Below, one piece after another: positions 1-8,810 of a stretch of DNA of 64,000 nucleotides. This DNA comes from Verrucomicrobiota bacterium. GTDB taxonomy: Bacteria > Verrucomicrobiota > Verrucomicrobiia > Limisphaerales > UBA8199. The stretch lies in the NCBI GenBank assembly GCA_049518415.1, contig JBEKRX010000028.1:4604-68603 (forward strand), given 5' to 3'. The notes beneath the pieces were generated by a model. It ran no database searches and had not been told where the DNA came from. It saw nothing but the letters and a program-made list of their open reading frames with translations. How positions within the stretch are numbered: the first letter of the stretch is position 1; every line of letters begins with the position of its first letter. Position numbers and translations under genes: made by a program.

Positions 1-23
1 GCTCTGCCGGGGGAGAAGGAAGT

Positions 24-1673
24 ATGGGCCGTCGGCGAGACATGAAACGGCTCGGCAACAACCAGAGTGAAATGACGCCGCCGGATTCCACTTTTCAGTT
101 CACGGCCCAGCATAGGCGCCGGGTCCTGTGCCTCTTCCCGGCGTACGGCTGGTCGTTTGCCACGTTCAACTACGCTTTCCCACTGATGGGCTCGGTCAAG
201 GCGTTCATGCCTCCGCAGGGCATCCTGCTCATCGCCGCGCTGGCACCGGCCCGCTGGGAAATCAGGTTCATCGACGAGAACGTCCGGCCCGCCACGGAGG
301 AGGACCTGCGCTGGGCCGAGGTGGTGTTCACCACCGGCATGCACCTCCAACGGGAACAAATTCAGGAGGTCATCGTCCGCGCGCACCGGGCGGGCAGGTT
401 GGTGGTGCTGGGCGGCCCGTCGGCGTCCTCCGCGCCGGAATGGTATCCCGAGGCCGACATCATCCACTGCGGGGAAGTGGGTGACGCCACCCGGCGGCTG
501 TTCGAGCTCATCGACCACGCCTCCGAGCGCTTGCCGCGACAGCTCATCCTCCGCACCGTTGAACGCGTGCCGATGACCGAGTTGCCGATGCCCGCCTATC
601 ACCTGATCAACACCCGCAACTACCTCCTGTGCACGGTGCAGTTCTCCAGCGGTTGCCCCCATAGCTGCGACTACTGCGACATCCCCGCCCTCTACGGGCG
701 CCGCCCCCGGCATAAGAACCCGGCGCAAATCATCCGCGAACTGGATTTCCTGGCCGCCGCCGGCACGCCCTCGATTTATTTTGTGGACGACAATTTCATC
801 GGCGACCCGCAGGCCACCCGCGAATTGCTCGAGCGCTTGGTGGCCTGGCAGGATAAATGGGACGGCCAGGTGCGCCTGTCCTGTGAGGCGACGCTGCGCT
901 TGGCGGAGTACCCGGATATCCTGGCGCAGATGAGGGAGGCCTTTTTCACCAACGTGTTTTGCGGCGTGGAAACGCCCGAATCCGGCGCCCTGCGCGCGAT
1001 TAAGAAAACCGTCAACCTCCAAAAGCCGATCCTGGATGTCATCGACGCGCTCAACGGCTACGGGATGGAGGTGGCCGTGGGCCTGATCATGGGGTTGGAC
1101 ACCGACACTGAGCAAACCCCACTGGCCATCGCCGAGTTTATCCGCGCCTCCCGGGCGCCCATCCAGGCCGTCAACATCCTCTACGCGCTGCCCAAGACCC
1201 CGCTCTACGAGCGCCTGCAGGAGGCCGGGCGGATCGTTTTGGACGACCACCGCGACTCCAACATCCAATTCCTTCAGCCCTATGAGCAAGTGGTGGCCAA
1301 CTGGCGGCGGGTTATCGCCGAGGCTTACGAGCCCAAGGCCCTTTACCAGCGTTACGCCACACAGGCCGAAAAAACCTACCCCCACCGTCGTCGCCCCAGG
1401 CACCCACTCCTCCAAGCCACGCCGCGCAACCTCCGCCGCGCATTCTCAATCCTCACCCGGCTGATCTGGCGTGCCGGCCTCCAGGCCGATTACCGCGCCG
1501 AGTTTTGGTCCATGTTCTGGACCCAATTGCGCCAGGGTCGGATCGAGAACATCTTCCAGATCGCCATGGTCGCCTACCATCTCATCAGCTACGCCCGCGA
1601 CTGCGTCGCCGGCCGCATGCACGCCTCCAACTACGCCCACCGAATTCGACCGCAGCCAACCGGTTCGCAATGA
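24..1673 (+). CDS. B12-binding-domain radical SAM protein (DUF4070-type C-terminus)
   Basis: 549-aa ORF. CxxxCxxC cluster motif (SSGCPHSCDYCDI) follows an N-terminal B12-binding-like Rossmann segment (VVLGGPSASS). Long helical C-terminal tail as in DUF4070 proteins. Start uncertain (in-frame M at 24, 42, 72). Confidence 0.8.
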   Translation: MGRRRDMKRLGNNQSEMTPPDSTFQFTAQHRRRVLCLFPAYGWSFATFNYAFPLMGSVKAFMPPQGILLIAALAPARWEIRFIDENVRPATEEDLRWAEVVFTTGMHLQREQIQEVIVRAHRAGRLVVLGGPSASSAPEWYPEADIIHCGEVGDATRRLFELIDHASERLPRQLILRTVERVPMTELPMPAYHLINTRNYLLCTVQFSSGCPHSCDYCDIPALYGRRPRHKNPAQIIRELDFLAAAGTPSIYFVDDNFIGDPQATRELLERLVAWQDKWDGQVRLSCEATLRLAEYPDILAQMREAFFTNVFCGVETPESGALRAIKKTVNLQKPILDVIDALNGYGMEVAVGLIMGLDTDTEQTPLAIAEFIRASRAPIQAVNILYALPKTPLYERLQEAGRIVLDDHRDSNIQFLQPYEQVVANWRRVIAEAYEPKALYQRYATQAEKTYPHRRRPRHPLLQATPRNLRRAFSILTRLIWRAGLQADYRAEFWSMFWTQLRQGRIENIFQIAMVAYHLISYARDCVAGRMHASNYAHRIRPQPTGSQ

Positions 1674-3226
1674 CATCACCGATGAAAACAAACCCATTCC
1701 ACAACTCGACAGCGAAGCGCCCGGCAGCGCCCGCCCCTGGATTCGTTGAGAAAACCCGGCCAAACCCGGACTCAGCAGGCGACCGAGCCACTCTGGCGGC
1801 AATCGCGCGCCAGGCAATGATTGAGCGCAACCTGGAGCCGGACTTCCCGCCGGCGGCGCTGCAAGAGTTGGCGGCCATCGGCGCGCCTGCCGGCGCGAGC
1901 GACGACGCGCGCGACATGCGCGATCGGCTTTGGGCGTCCATTGACAACGACGACTCCCTCGACCTCGACCAGGTTACGGTGGCCGAGCCGCTCGCGGGCG
2001 GGCGGGTCAGAATCCTCGTGGCGGTGGCGGACGTGGACGCACTGGTGCGAAAAGGCTCGGCGATCGACGGCCATGCGTCGCATAACACGACCTCCGTCTA
2101 TACGCCCGCCGCGATCTTCCCCATGCTCCCCAAGGCGCTGTCCACCGGTCTGACGTCGTTGAACGAGAACCAAGACCGGATTGCCGTGGTGGCGGACATG
2201 GTGTTCGAGGCAGAGGGTTCGCTCGCCGCGTCGGACCTCTACCGGGCGCGCGTCCGAAACCGCGGGAAACTGGCTTACCGAAGCGTCGCGGCGTGGCTGG
2301 ATGGCCAGGGCGCGGCGCCCCCGCGAATCCTGGAGGTCCCGGGCCTTGACGAGAACCTCCGCATCCAGGACCGCGTCGCGCAGCGGCTGGTGGAACTGCG
2401 GCACCGCCACGGCGCGCTCAGCCTCGAGACGATCGAGGCGAAGGCCGTCTTCGAGGGCGATGTCCTTTCCGACCTGGAGCTGGATCGAAAGAACCGGGCG
2501 ACGCAGTTGATCGAGGACTTCATGATTGCGGCGAACGGAGTGACCGCGACCTACCTCGAATCGAAGAGATTCCCTTCCCTCCGACGGGTCCTGAGGTCTC
2601 CGGAACGTTGGGACCGCATCGCGCAGCTCGCGTCCGGCTTCGGGGACCGGCTCCCCAAGGAGCCGGATGCCGTGGCCCTGGAAGCCTTCCTGGCGCGGCG
2701 ACGCCAGGCGGCCCCGGAGAAGTTCCCCGACCTCTCCCTGGCCGTGGTCAAGCTCATCGGGAGAGGAGAGTACGCGCTCGATCTACCCGGCGGGGAGCCG
2801 CCCGGACACTTCGGGCTGGCGGTGAAGGATTACACGCACTCCACTGCGCCGAACCGGCGCTTCCCCGATCTCATCACGCAACGGCTCCTGAAGGCGGCGC
2901 TGGCGGGAGCGCCGCTGCCCTACACCATTCCGGAGTTGGTGGAACTCGCCAAGCACTGCACCGATCGGGAGGACGCCGCGACGAAAGTCGAGCGGCGGGT
3001 CCGGAAGTCGGCAGCGGCGCTGCTCCTGTCCGGCAGGATAGGGGAGGCATTCGACGCCATCGTCACCGGCGCCTCGCCGAAGGGAACGTGGGTGCGGCTC
3101 TTCCAGCCACCGGCGGAAGGGAGGCTGGAGCGCGGGTGCCAGGGTCTCGACGTGGGCGACCACGTCCGCGTCAAGCTGGTCCACACCGACGTCGAGCGCG
3201 GTTTCATCGACTTCGCGCGCGACTGA
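1670..3226 (+). CDS. RNB-domain exoribonuclease (RNase II/R family)
   Basis: ATG at 1670 overlaps the upstream stop (ATGA). RNB signature HFGLAVKDYTHSTAPNRRFPDLITQR and an S1-like C-terminal segment (GTWVRLFQPPAEGRLE, HVRVKLVHTDVERGFIDF). The 1505 start in the ORF track lies inside the upstream gene. Confidence 0.85.
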   Translation: MTSPMKTNPFHNSTAKRPAAPAPGFVEKTRPNPDSAGDRATLAAIARQAMIERNLEPDFPPAALQELAAIGAPAGASDDARDMRDRLWASIDNDDSLDLDQVTVAEPLAGGRVRILVAVADVDALVRKGSAIDGHASHNTTSVYTPAAIFPMLPKALSTGLTSLNENQDRIAVVADMVFEAEGSLAASDLYRARVRNRGKLAYRSVAAWLDGQGAAPPRILEVPGLDENLRIQDRVAQRLVELRHRHGALSLETIEAKAVFEGDVLSDLELDRKNRATQLIEDFMIAANGVTATYLESKRFPSLRRVLRSPERWDRIAQLASGFGDRLPKEPDAVALEAFLARRRQAAPEKFPDLSLAVVKLIGRGEYALDLPGGEPPGHFGLAVKDYTHSTAPNRRFPDLITQRLLKAALAGAPLPYTIPELVELAKHCTDREDAATKVERRVRKSAAALLLSGRIGEAFDAIVTGASPKGTWVRLFQPPAEGRLERGCQGLDVGDHVRVKLVHTDVERGFIDFARD

Positions 3227-3236
3227 CGCCCCCCTC

Positions 3237-4634
3237 ATGAGCAACCGTGGTTTGCCAAAGGACAGGGTTCACGAACGAGCGGTGAAGCATAGCCGGAGGC
3301 TGTCGCTGGGGAGGCTGTCGGCCTACGTGGGGGCTTGCCTTGGTGCGCTGGTCCTGGCCGTGGCGGTGCTCATCCTTGGGTTCGGTGGTGCGATCCTCAA
3401 CGGGTATGGCAAAAGGAAGGCAGAGCGAGCGTTTGCCCAAGCGCATCCAGGGCAGGCGTTGCGGATCGGCAAACTGGATTACGCGGTGGGCGCCAATCGC
3501 CTGGTCGCTCAATCTGTGACACTGAGTGCAACCAACACGAGCCTCAAGGCCGGCGGGATTTCGCTGACGGGCGTGCGCTGGGCGCGGCTTCTTTGGGGAA
3601 CGGCTGCTCTGGCTGATGTCCTCGCCAAGGCCAGTCTCGAGGCGACGAATCTGGATGTGGAATTCCCCCAGGCGCACTACGGGCTGCGCTGCGCGCGGCT
3701 GCGAGCGTCGGTGCCGGGTTCGGAACTGATCGGCGAAGGGACCGAGCTGCGGCCGTTGGTCGGAGACGAAGAATTTTTTGCCGCGCACGAATTTCGAACG
3801 ACGCGGTTTCATGTGGTCGTGCCTGAGTGCCGAGTGTTGGGTCTGGCGTATGGCGAACTGCTCCAGGGAAAGTCGTACCGAGCCAGGTCGGTCCACTTTT
3901 CCCGGCCCACCTTCGATGCGTTGGTCAATCGTGACAAGCCGGCGGAGCCGTTCGTGCAGCGTCCGCTCATGGTGCACGAGGCGCTGGCCGCCATCCGGCA
4001 ACCGCTGCAGGTCGATAGCCTCAGTATCACCAACGGCCACCTGAGATACTGCGAGCGGGTGGCCGTTGGAGCCGACCCCGCCGTGCTGACGTTCGGGGCA
4101 GTGAGTCTGTCCGCCGCGGGCATCGCCAACCGGGGCGGAGCGGCTGCCGCCATCCAACTCCGGGCGCAGGGCGACCTCATGAACGCCGGAACGATGAAGG
4201 TGCTGATGACGATTCCGGTCACTTCACGGGACTTCTCGCTCCACTATTCCGGTTCGCTCAGCGCGATGGACCTGACCCGCCTTGATGCGTTCCTTGATAT
4301 TGCGGAACACACCCGGATTAAGTCCGGCAGCGCGCAAGAGGCGGCGTTCGAAATCGATGTGACCGCGGGCCAGGCTCGCGGCCGTGTGCGCGCGATCTAC
4401 CGGGATTTGGAGATCGCTGTGCTCGGCAAACAAACCGGCAGCGAAAAGGGATTGGGCAATCGCGTCACCTCGTTCTTAGCGAACGTGTTTAAAATCCGGA
4501 ATGCCAACGCTCCGGACGCATCGGGCTCGATGAAGGAGGGGGAGGTAAACTACACGAGAGGACCGGACGAGGAGTTTCTGCAATTTGCTTGGTTCGCCCT
4601 GCGGAGCGGAGTCCTGGATGTCATCAGCCATTGA
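3237..4634 (+). CDS. membrane-anchored hypothetical protein
   Basis: 465-aa ORF starting 10 nt after the RNB stop. Basic N-terminus followed by one hydrophobic helix (LGALVLAVAVLILGFGGAIL). No catalytic motif recognised. A DUF748/AsmA-like architecture is only a guess. Confidence 0.6.
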   Translation: MSNRGLPKDRVHERAVKHSRRLSLGRLSAYVGACLGALVLAVAVLILGFGGAILNGYGKRKAERAFAQAHPGQALRIGKLDYAVGANRLVAQSVTLSATNTSLKAGGISLTGVRWARLLWGTAALADVLAKASLEATNLDVEFPQAHYGLRCARLRASVPGSELIGEGTELRPLVGDEEFFAAHEFRTTRFHVVVPECRVLGLAYGELLQGKSYRARSVHFSRPTFDALVNRDKPAEPFVQRPLMVHEALAAIRQPLQVDSLSITNGHLRYCERVAVGADPAVLTFGAVSLSAAGIANRGGAAAAIQLRAQGDLMNAGTMKVLMTIPVTSRDFSLHYSGSLSAMDLTRLDAFLDIAEHTRIKSGSAQEAAFEIDVTAGQARGRVRAIYRDLEIAVLGKQTGSEKGLGNRVTSFLANVFKIRNANAPDASGSMKEGEVNYTRGPDEEFLQFAWFALRSGVLDVISH

Positions 4635-4766
4635 CGCGCGAGGTGAGCAAAGCGGTCGCGGCGGACTTGCCGATGGAAACTAAGACCCCTGGCAAAACAA
4701 CCACGGAAAAGACCAAGCCATGAAAATCACGATTGAGACACCTGTGGGGAAGAGAAAGAAAGAACC

Positions 4767-5126
4767 ATGAAAAACCCCAACTATTGCGACCTCCTTTACG
4801 TCGAGGAACTCATCGGCCCCGACACGGTCAACACCATGCCGCCAGCCACGCTCGAGGCGTTCCGCGATCACGGGCGTGCCCGGCCCACCCTGACGGAGAA
4901 CGTCGAAGAAGCGATCCGCATCATGGCTTTCGTCGGACACGCCGGCCTGCCCTTCAAGGAACTCACCGATAAGCTGCTGGAGGACGGCGTGAAGCAGTTC
5001 GCGGAGGCTTTTGCCAAATTGCTCAAGGCCACCAACCGCCGCGGCAAGGCCTTCGACCACGAGCCAACGGAATTTCTGAGGCTTAAGTTGCTGAAGGAAT
5101 TGTCCAAGGGGCGACATCACTCGTGA
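4767..5126 (+). pseudogene. transaldolase C-terminal fragment (roughly the last 95 residues)
   Basis: KNPNYCDLLYVEELIGPDTVNTMPPATLEAFRDHGRARPTL matches the conserved C-terminal block of transaldolases. The in-frame sequence upstream hits a stop at 4734-4736 and is not transaldolase-like, so about 250 N-terminal residues including the catalytic core are missing. Confidence 0.6.
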
Positions 5127-5151
5127 GCTCAAGCATCAACCGGCCGAAGGT

Positions 5152-5838
5152 ATGCAACACATCGAACAACATTTCTCCGGGAGCGATGCCGTCCGCGACG
5201 TGGTGATTGGCATGGCGGATGGGTTGACGGTGCCGTTCGCCTTGGCTGCGGGCATCTCCGGCGCGTTGACCTCCACGCACATTGTCGTCACGGCCGGGCT
5301 GGCGGAGATTGCCGCGGGCTCCATCGCGATGGGACTGGGCGGCTACCTGGCAGCCAGGAGCGACCTGGAGCACTTCTTCAACGAGCGACGGCGCGAAGAA
5401 CAAGAGATTGTGGAGAAAGCGGACGTCGAAAAGCAGGGAATCGTGGACATCTTCCAGCAGTATGGGGTGACGGCAGAGGAATGCGCATCCATCGTCACCG
5501 CGCTCGAACGGAAGCCCGAAGCGTGGCGGGATTTTATGATGCGCTTCGAGTTGGGTTTGGAAGAGCCGAACCCCAAACGGGCCATTCGCAGCGCCCTCAC
5601 CATCGGGGGGTCTTACATCGTCGGCGGTCTGGTGCCGCTGGCGCCTTACATGCTGATGCACGATTCCGGGCGGGCGCTGGGGGTCTCGGCCGCCATCACG
5701 CTGCTGGCCCTGGCGGTGTTTGGCTTTGTGAAAGGCCACTTCACCGGCGTTCCCAAGCTGAAGGGAGCGCTGCAGACGGCCCTGGTTGGCAGCCTGGCGG
5801 CGGCGGTGGCCTATCTCATCGCCAAATTCGTTGCCTGA
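5152..5838 (+). CDS. VIT1/CCC1-family iron/manganese transporter
   Basis: 228-aa ORF with the family N-terminal block (VRDVVIGMADGLTVPFALAAGISGA), a central acidic cytoplasmic helix region (ERRREEQEIVEKADVEKQ) and C-terminal TM helices. Confidence 0.85.
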   Translation: MQHIEQHFSGSDAVRDVVIGMADGLTVPFALAAGISGALTSTHIVVTAGLAEIAAGSIAMGLGGYLAARSDLEHFFNERRREEQEIVEKADVEKQGIVDIFQQYGVTAEECASIVTALERKPEAWRDFMMRFELGLEEPNPKRAIRSALTIGGSYIVGGLVPLAPYMLMHDSGRALGVSAAITLLALAVFGFVKGHFTGVPKLKGALQTALVGSLAAAVAYLIAKFVA

Positions 5839-5854
5839 TTTGAAGTCTCGCCTG

Positions 5855-7720
5855 TTACAGTGAACGGCCCATTCCGTTCGCCGCCCGAGGATTCAAGTAA
5901 TTGGCCAAAGCCATCACTGGAAAGGTCTTGGGATACGCCGGGTATTCCATGTACAAAATGCCGGGATGTCCAGTCCCGACCACGGAGCCATCCCGCCAGG
6001 ATTCCGACTCGTCCCGGGTTTCGAGGAGGTAATGGACGACCTTGGGGACAGTATCGGTATGTTGCAGGCCCATCTGGCAGAGAAACTCCAGCACCCACGC
6101 GGTTTGCGTCGGGGTGCTGGCCCCTCGGCCCCGATGCCCATCATCAAGGTAGGACAGCGTCGATTCGCCGAATCCGCCATCGGCATTCTGAAAACTCATG
6201 AGCGTCCGGGCGGCCCTCTGGAGGTAGGGCGCTTGCGGGGATTCTCCGGCCCGCAGCAGCCCGGTGCCGGCCTGGGTGGTCCCGTAGAGGGTGTTGATCC
6301 CCCAGCGGCCTTCCCAAAGGCCCGTGCCGGAATCCTGGGTCCGACGTAGAAAGCGGGCCGCCCGCCTGACCGCTCGGGAGCCATCCAAGGTCAATCCATA
6401 AGCGCCCAGTGCTGCCAGCACATGGCCCGTGTTATCCGCCGAGCTGTCATCAAACAATTTCACCGAATCGCTTAGCTCCTTGGTGAACAGCTTCACCATC
6501 CGGCTTCCGACGTTGTTCTTGTCAAAGGCTCCCCAGCCGCCGTCGGAGTTTTGCCGGTCCAAAAGCCACTGCAGTCCCTTTTTCCGGGAGTCCGCCGCGC
6601 CTGTTCTGCGGGTGAATCGCGCCATCTTCTCCAGGAACACCAGCGCCCTGGACGTGTCATCGACGTCCGGGTATTGCTCGAAGTCCCGGCCGTAGGGGAA
6701 GCCGCCTTCAGCAGTCTGCAGTTCATAGAGATTCTCGGCGGCCTGCACCAGCGGAGTGCTCGTTTCGCCGGCCTGGGCCAGGGCCTGGGCCGAAAGGATG
6801 GTATCCCAGACACCGCCGTCCATCAGGCAGCCGAGGTAGTTACCCTTGCCATGGTCGAAATACAGCCCATCCACGAACTCTAATCCCCGCTTTATTGCTG
6901 ACGGGATGGCGGGAAAACGCCCGGGATGCTTCCGGTAAAAATGGTCCAGCGCGGCGACGCTGAACAGGGTCGAGACCGTGTAGCCGCCCCAGCTTCCATG
7001 TTTCCGCTGCTGCCGGAGGATTTTTTTGACCATGAATCCGTCATACCAGGCAGAGGGTTGCGCTTCTCCTTGGCTGGGCTGCCACGGATTTCTGGCATAA
7101 AGCTCGCTCAAGTCAAATTCCGGCCCAAACGTGCCGCGGACCTTCCTGGAAACGCGATTATGCCGGAGGTAGGCCATGGGGATCAGGTGGGGAATGACCC
7201 ACTGGGAAAACTCCCGGTAGTTCAGCGGCAGCGCCTCCAGGAAAATCAGGTAGGGGATTTCGCAGATGTCCTCCCATCCCCGCACTCCGAAGAGCGCCAG
7301 GAAGGTTTTGGTGAACTGATTGGCGGAATCGATCCCCCCGGCATCCAGGATGAATTTTCTGGCCGAATGGATCGCCGGTTCTACGTTTGCGGTCGAGATC
7401 GAGGTTCTGAACAACTTAAGCGCGGCATAGTTGAGCAGGGTCGCATTGATGTCACCCGAAGGAAGCGCCGGGTCCCGGGCCTGCCTCCAGGAGCCGTCCG
7501 GCAATTGGGCTTTCAGAAGGATTCCGGCCAGGCGGTTTAAGTCCAGCCGGGAGGAGAATCCCCGGAACCGGAGCCATTCCAGAAACAGCGCATAGAGCGA
7601 AATATAATGGGACCCCAGGTGGGCGGGAAAACTCCAGCAGCCTTGGCTGTCCTGTTGGCCCAACAGGGTGTTAACCGATTGCTTCAGGATCGTTTGCACC
7701 TTATGCTTTGATAAACTCAT
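5855..7720 (-). CDS. shc: squalene-hopene cyclase
   Basis: 621-aa ORF with repeated QW-type motifs (QDSQGCWSF, LPDGSWRQ, QRKHGSWGG, QTAEGGFPYG, QNSDGGWGAF, QDSGTGLWEG, QNADGGFGES) and the class II cyclase DxDD motif (PDVDDTSRA). Confidence 0.85.
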   Translation of the reverse strand: MSLSKHKVQTILKQSVNTLLGQQDSQGCWSFPAHLGSHYISLYALFLEWLRFRGFSSRLDLNRLAGILLKAQLPDGSWRQARDPALPSGDINATLLNYAALKLFRTSISTANVEPAIHSARKFILDAGGIDSANQFTKTFLALFGVRGWEDICEIPYLIFLEALPLNYREFSQWVIPHLIPMAYLRHNRVSRKVRGTFGPEFDLSELYARNPWQPSQGEAQPSAWYDGFMVKKILRQQRKHGSWGGYTVSTLFSVAALDHFYRKHPGRFPAIPSAIKRGLEFVDGLYFDHGKGNYLGCLMDGGVWDTILSAQALAQAGETSTPLVQAAENLYELQTAEGGFPYGRDFEQYPDVDDTSRALVFLEKMARFTRRTGAADSRKKGLQWLLDRQNSDGGWGAFDKNNVGSRMVKLFTKELSDSVKLFDDSSADNTGHVLAALGAYGLTLDGSRAVRRAARFLRRTQDSGTGLWEGRWGINTLYGTTQAGTGLLRAGESPQAPYLQRAARTLMSFQNADGGFGESTLSYLDDGHRGRGASTPTQTAWVLEFLCQMGLQHTDTVPKVVHYLLETRDESESWRDGSVVGTGHPGILYMEYPAYPKTFPVMALANYLNPRAANGMGRSL

Positions 7721-7828
7721 GACAGTCGGGCGAAAAAGTGGCCTCGTCTGTGGCTCTCCATGGTGGGGAGTGGCCTGCCCAGAACTTGACGAAAGACTCC
7801 TCTCGCTCAGGCCTCACAATACTGATCT

Positions 7829-8104
7829 TCAAGACGGAGTCGGGACCCCCGGACTCGCCGCCACGCCTGGCTGCGAAACCATACTGCAGGTGGACGTGCC
7901 GAGGGACGGCGATGGGATTGAGACCCGAACGTTGCGGAGGTGGTCCAATATTCCGAACACGTGCAGCAGCCAAAGGACTACGACCACCACCACCACGATA
8001 TTGAGGATCTTTTTGATCTTGCCATCCATGGGGATGTAGGTGTTGACGAGCCAGAGCAGGACTCCGACAACGATGAGAGTGATGACAATTGTAATTAACG
8101 ACAT
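7829..8104 (-). CDS. small hydrophobic membrane protein (Thivi_2564-like)
   Basis: N-terminal 60 aa form two hydrophobic helices (MSLITIVITLIVVGVLLWLVNTYIPMDGKIKKILNIVVVVVVVLWLLHVFGIL), resembling a recurrent small membrane-protein family. The C-terminal tail may be read-through. Confidence 0.55.
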   Translation of the reverse strand: MSLITIVITLIVVGVLLWLVNTYIPMDGKIKKILNIVVVVVVVLWLLHVFGILDHLRNVRVSIPSPSLGTSTCSMVSQPGVAASPGVPTPS

Positions 8105-8569
8105 AATTTTACCTGTTCTTCCTTATGTGTTCTTTCTTTGGGTGCGGGTTCATGTCTGTGCGGCATCCTTTAGCGTGTGGTGTGCCAGGGGTGCTCCGCG
8201 CTGGGCGGGACAGCAAGTTCAGTTCGGGGTGGTCGCTACTGTAAAACTCGCAACCGCCCTGCCGGCAACCACTTGCCTCGCACTTTCGATTGAGCCAGGA
8301 ACGGAAAATACCGGGCCGGGTCAAAAGCCCCGACTCCGCCAGACCTCGGTTGCGTCTGCAAAATGCAAGACGAAGCGGCCTCGATAGCGCAATACGCACG
8401 GTTCGTTGATCGGCGCTCGTGCAAACTGCACGAGCATTATGTTCCGCTCGGCCGTGCTAAAGTCCATTCAAGAGACTCTAACTGGCTTTGAACCAACAGG
8501 TTGCAGAAAGCCGCGGGAAGTTGGCTCTCCGCTAGCTAAGACGGCAAGGGAAAACTCAGCAAAGCCAAC

Positions 8570-8776
8570 GTGAAATCCTTGGATTCTGACTACCCGCAGA
8601 GCGATTTGACGTATTCGGAACCGCCCTCTGCATTTCCATGTTCAGCGAGAATATCCGAGCCGACCAAGACGTTGCTGGCAAAGCCGTTCCAGCTCAATGA
8701 ACTGCTCGACAAGGTTCGTACGCTGCTGGACGCGGCCGCTCCTCTGCCGATACGAAGACCGTGGTGTGCGGATTAG
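8570..8776 (+). pseudogene. possible remnant of a response-regulator receiver C-terminus
   Basis: Only the last ~25 residues look receiver-like (TLLAKPFQLNELLDKVRTLL). No phospho-acceptor region found upstream in the frames I read. GTG start. Confidence 0.25.
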
Positions 8777-8810
8777 CCTGGAGAAAAATAAGGTCTAGAC
8801 ACCGTGCATT

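Noticed and set aside
1505-1669. Longer start for the RNB ORF
   Set aside because: The extension lies wholly inside the radical SAM gene in another frame and is Arg/Pro-rich. ATG at 1670 gives the classic ATGA coupling.
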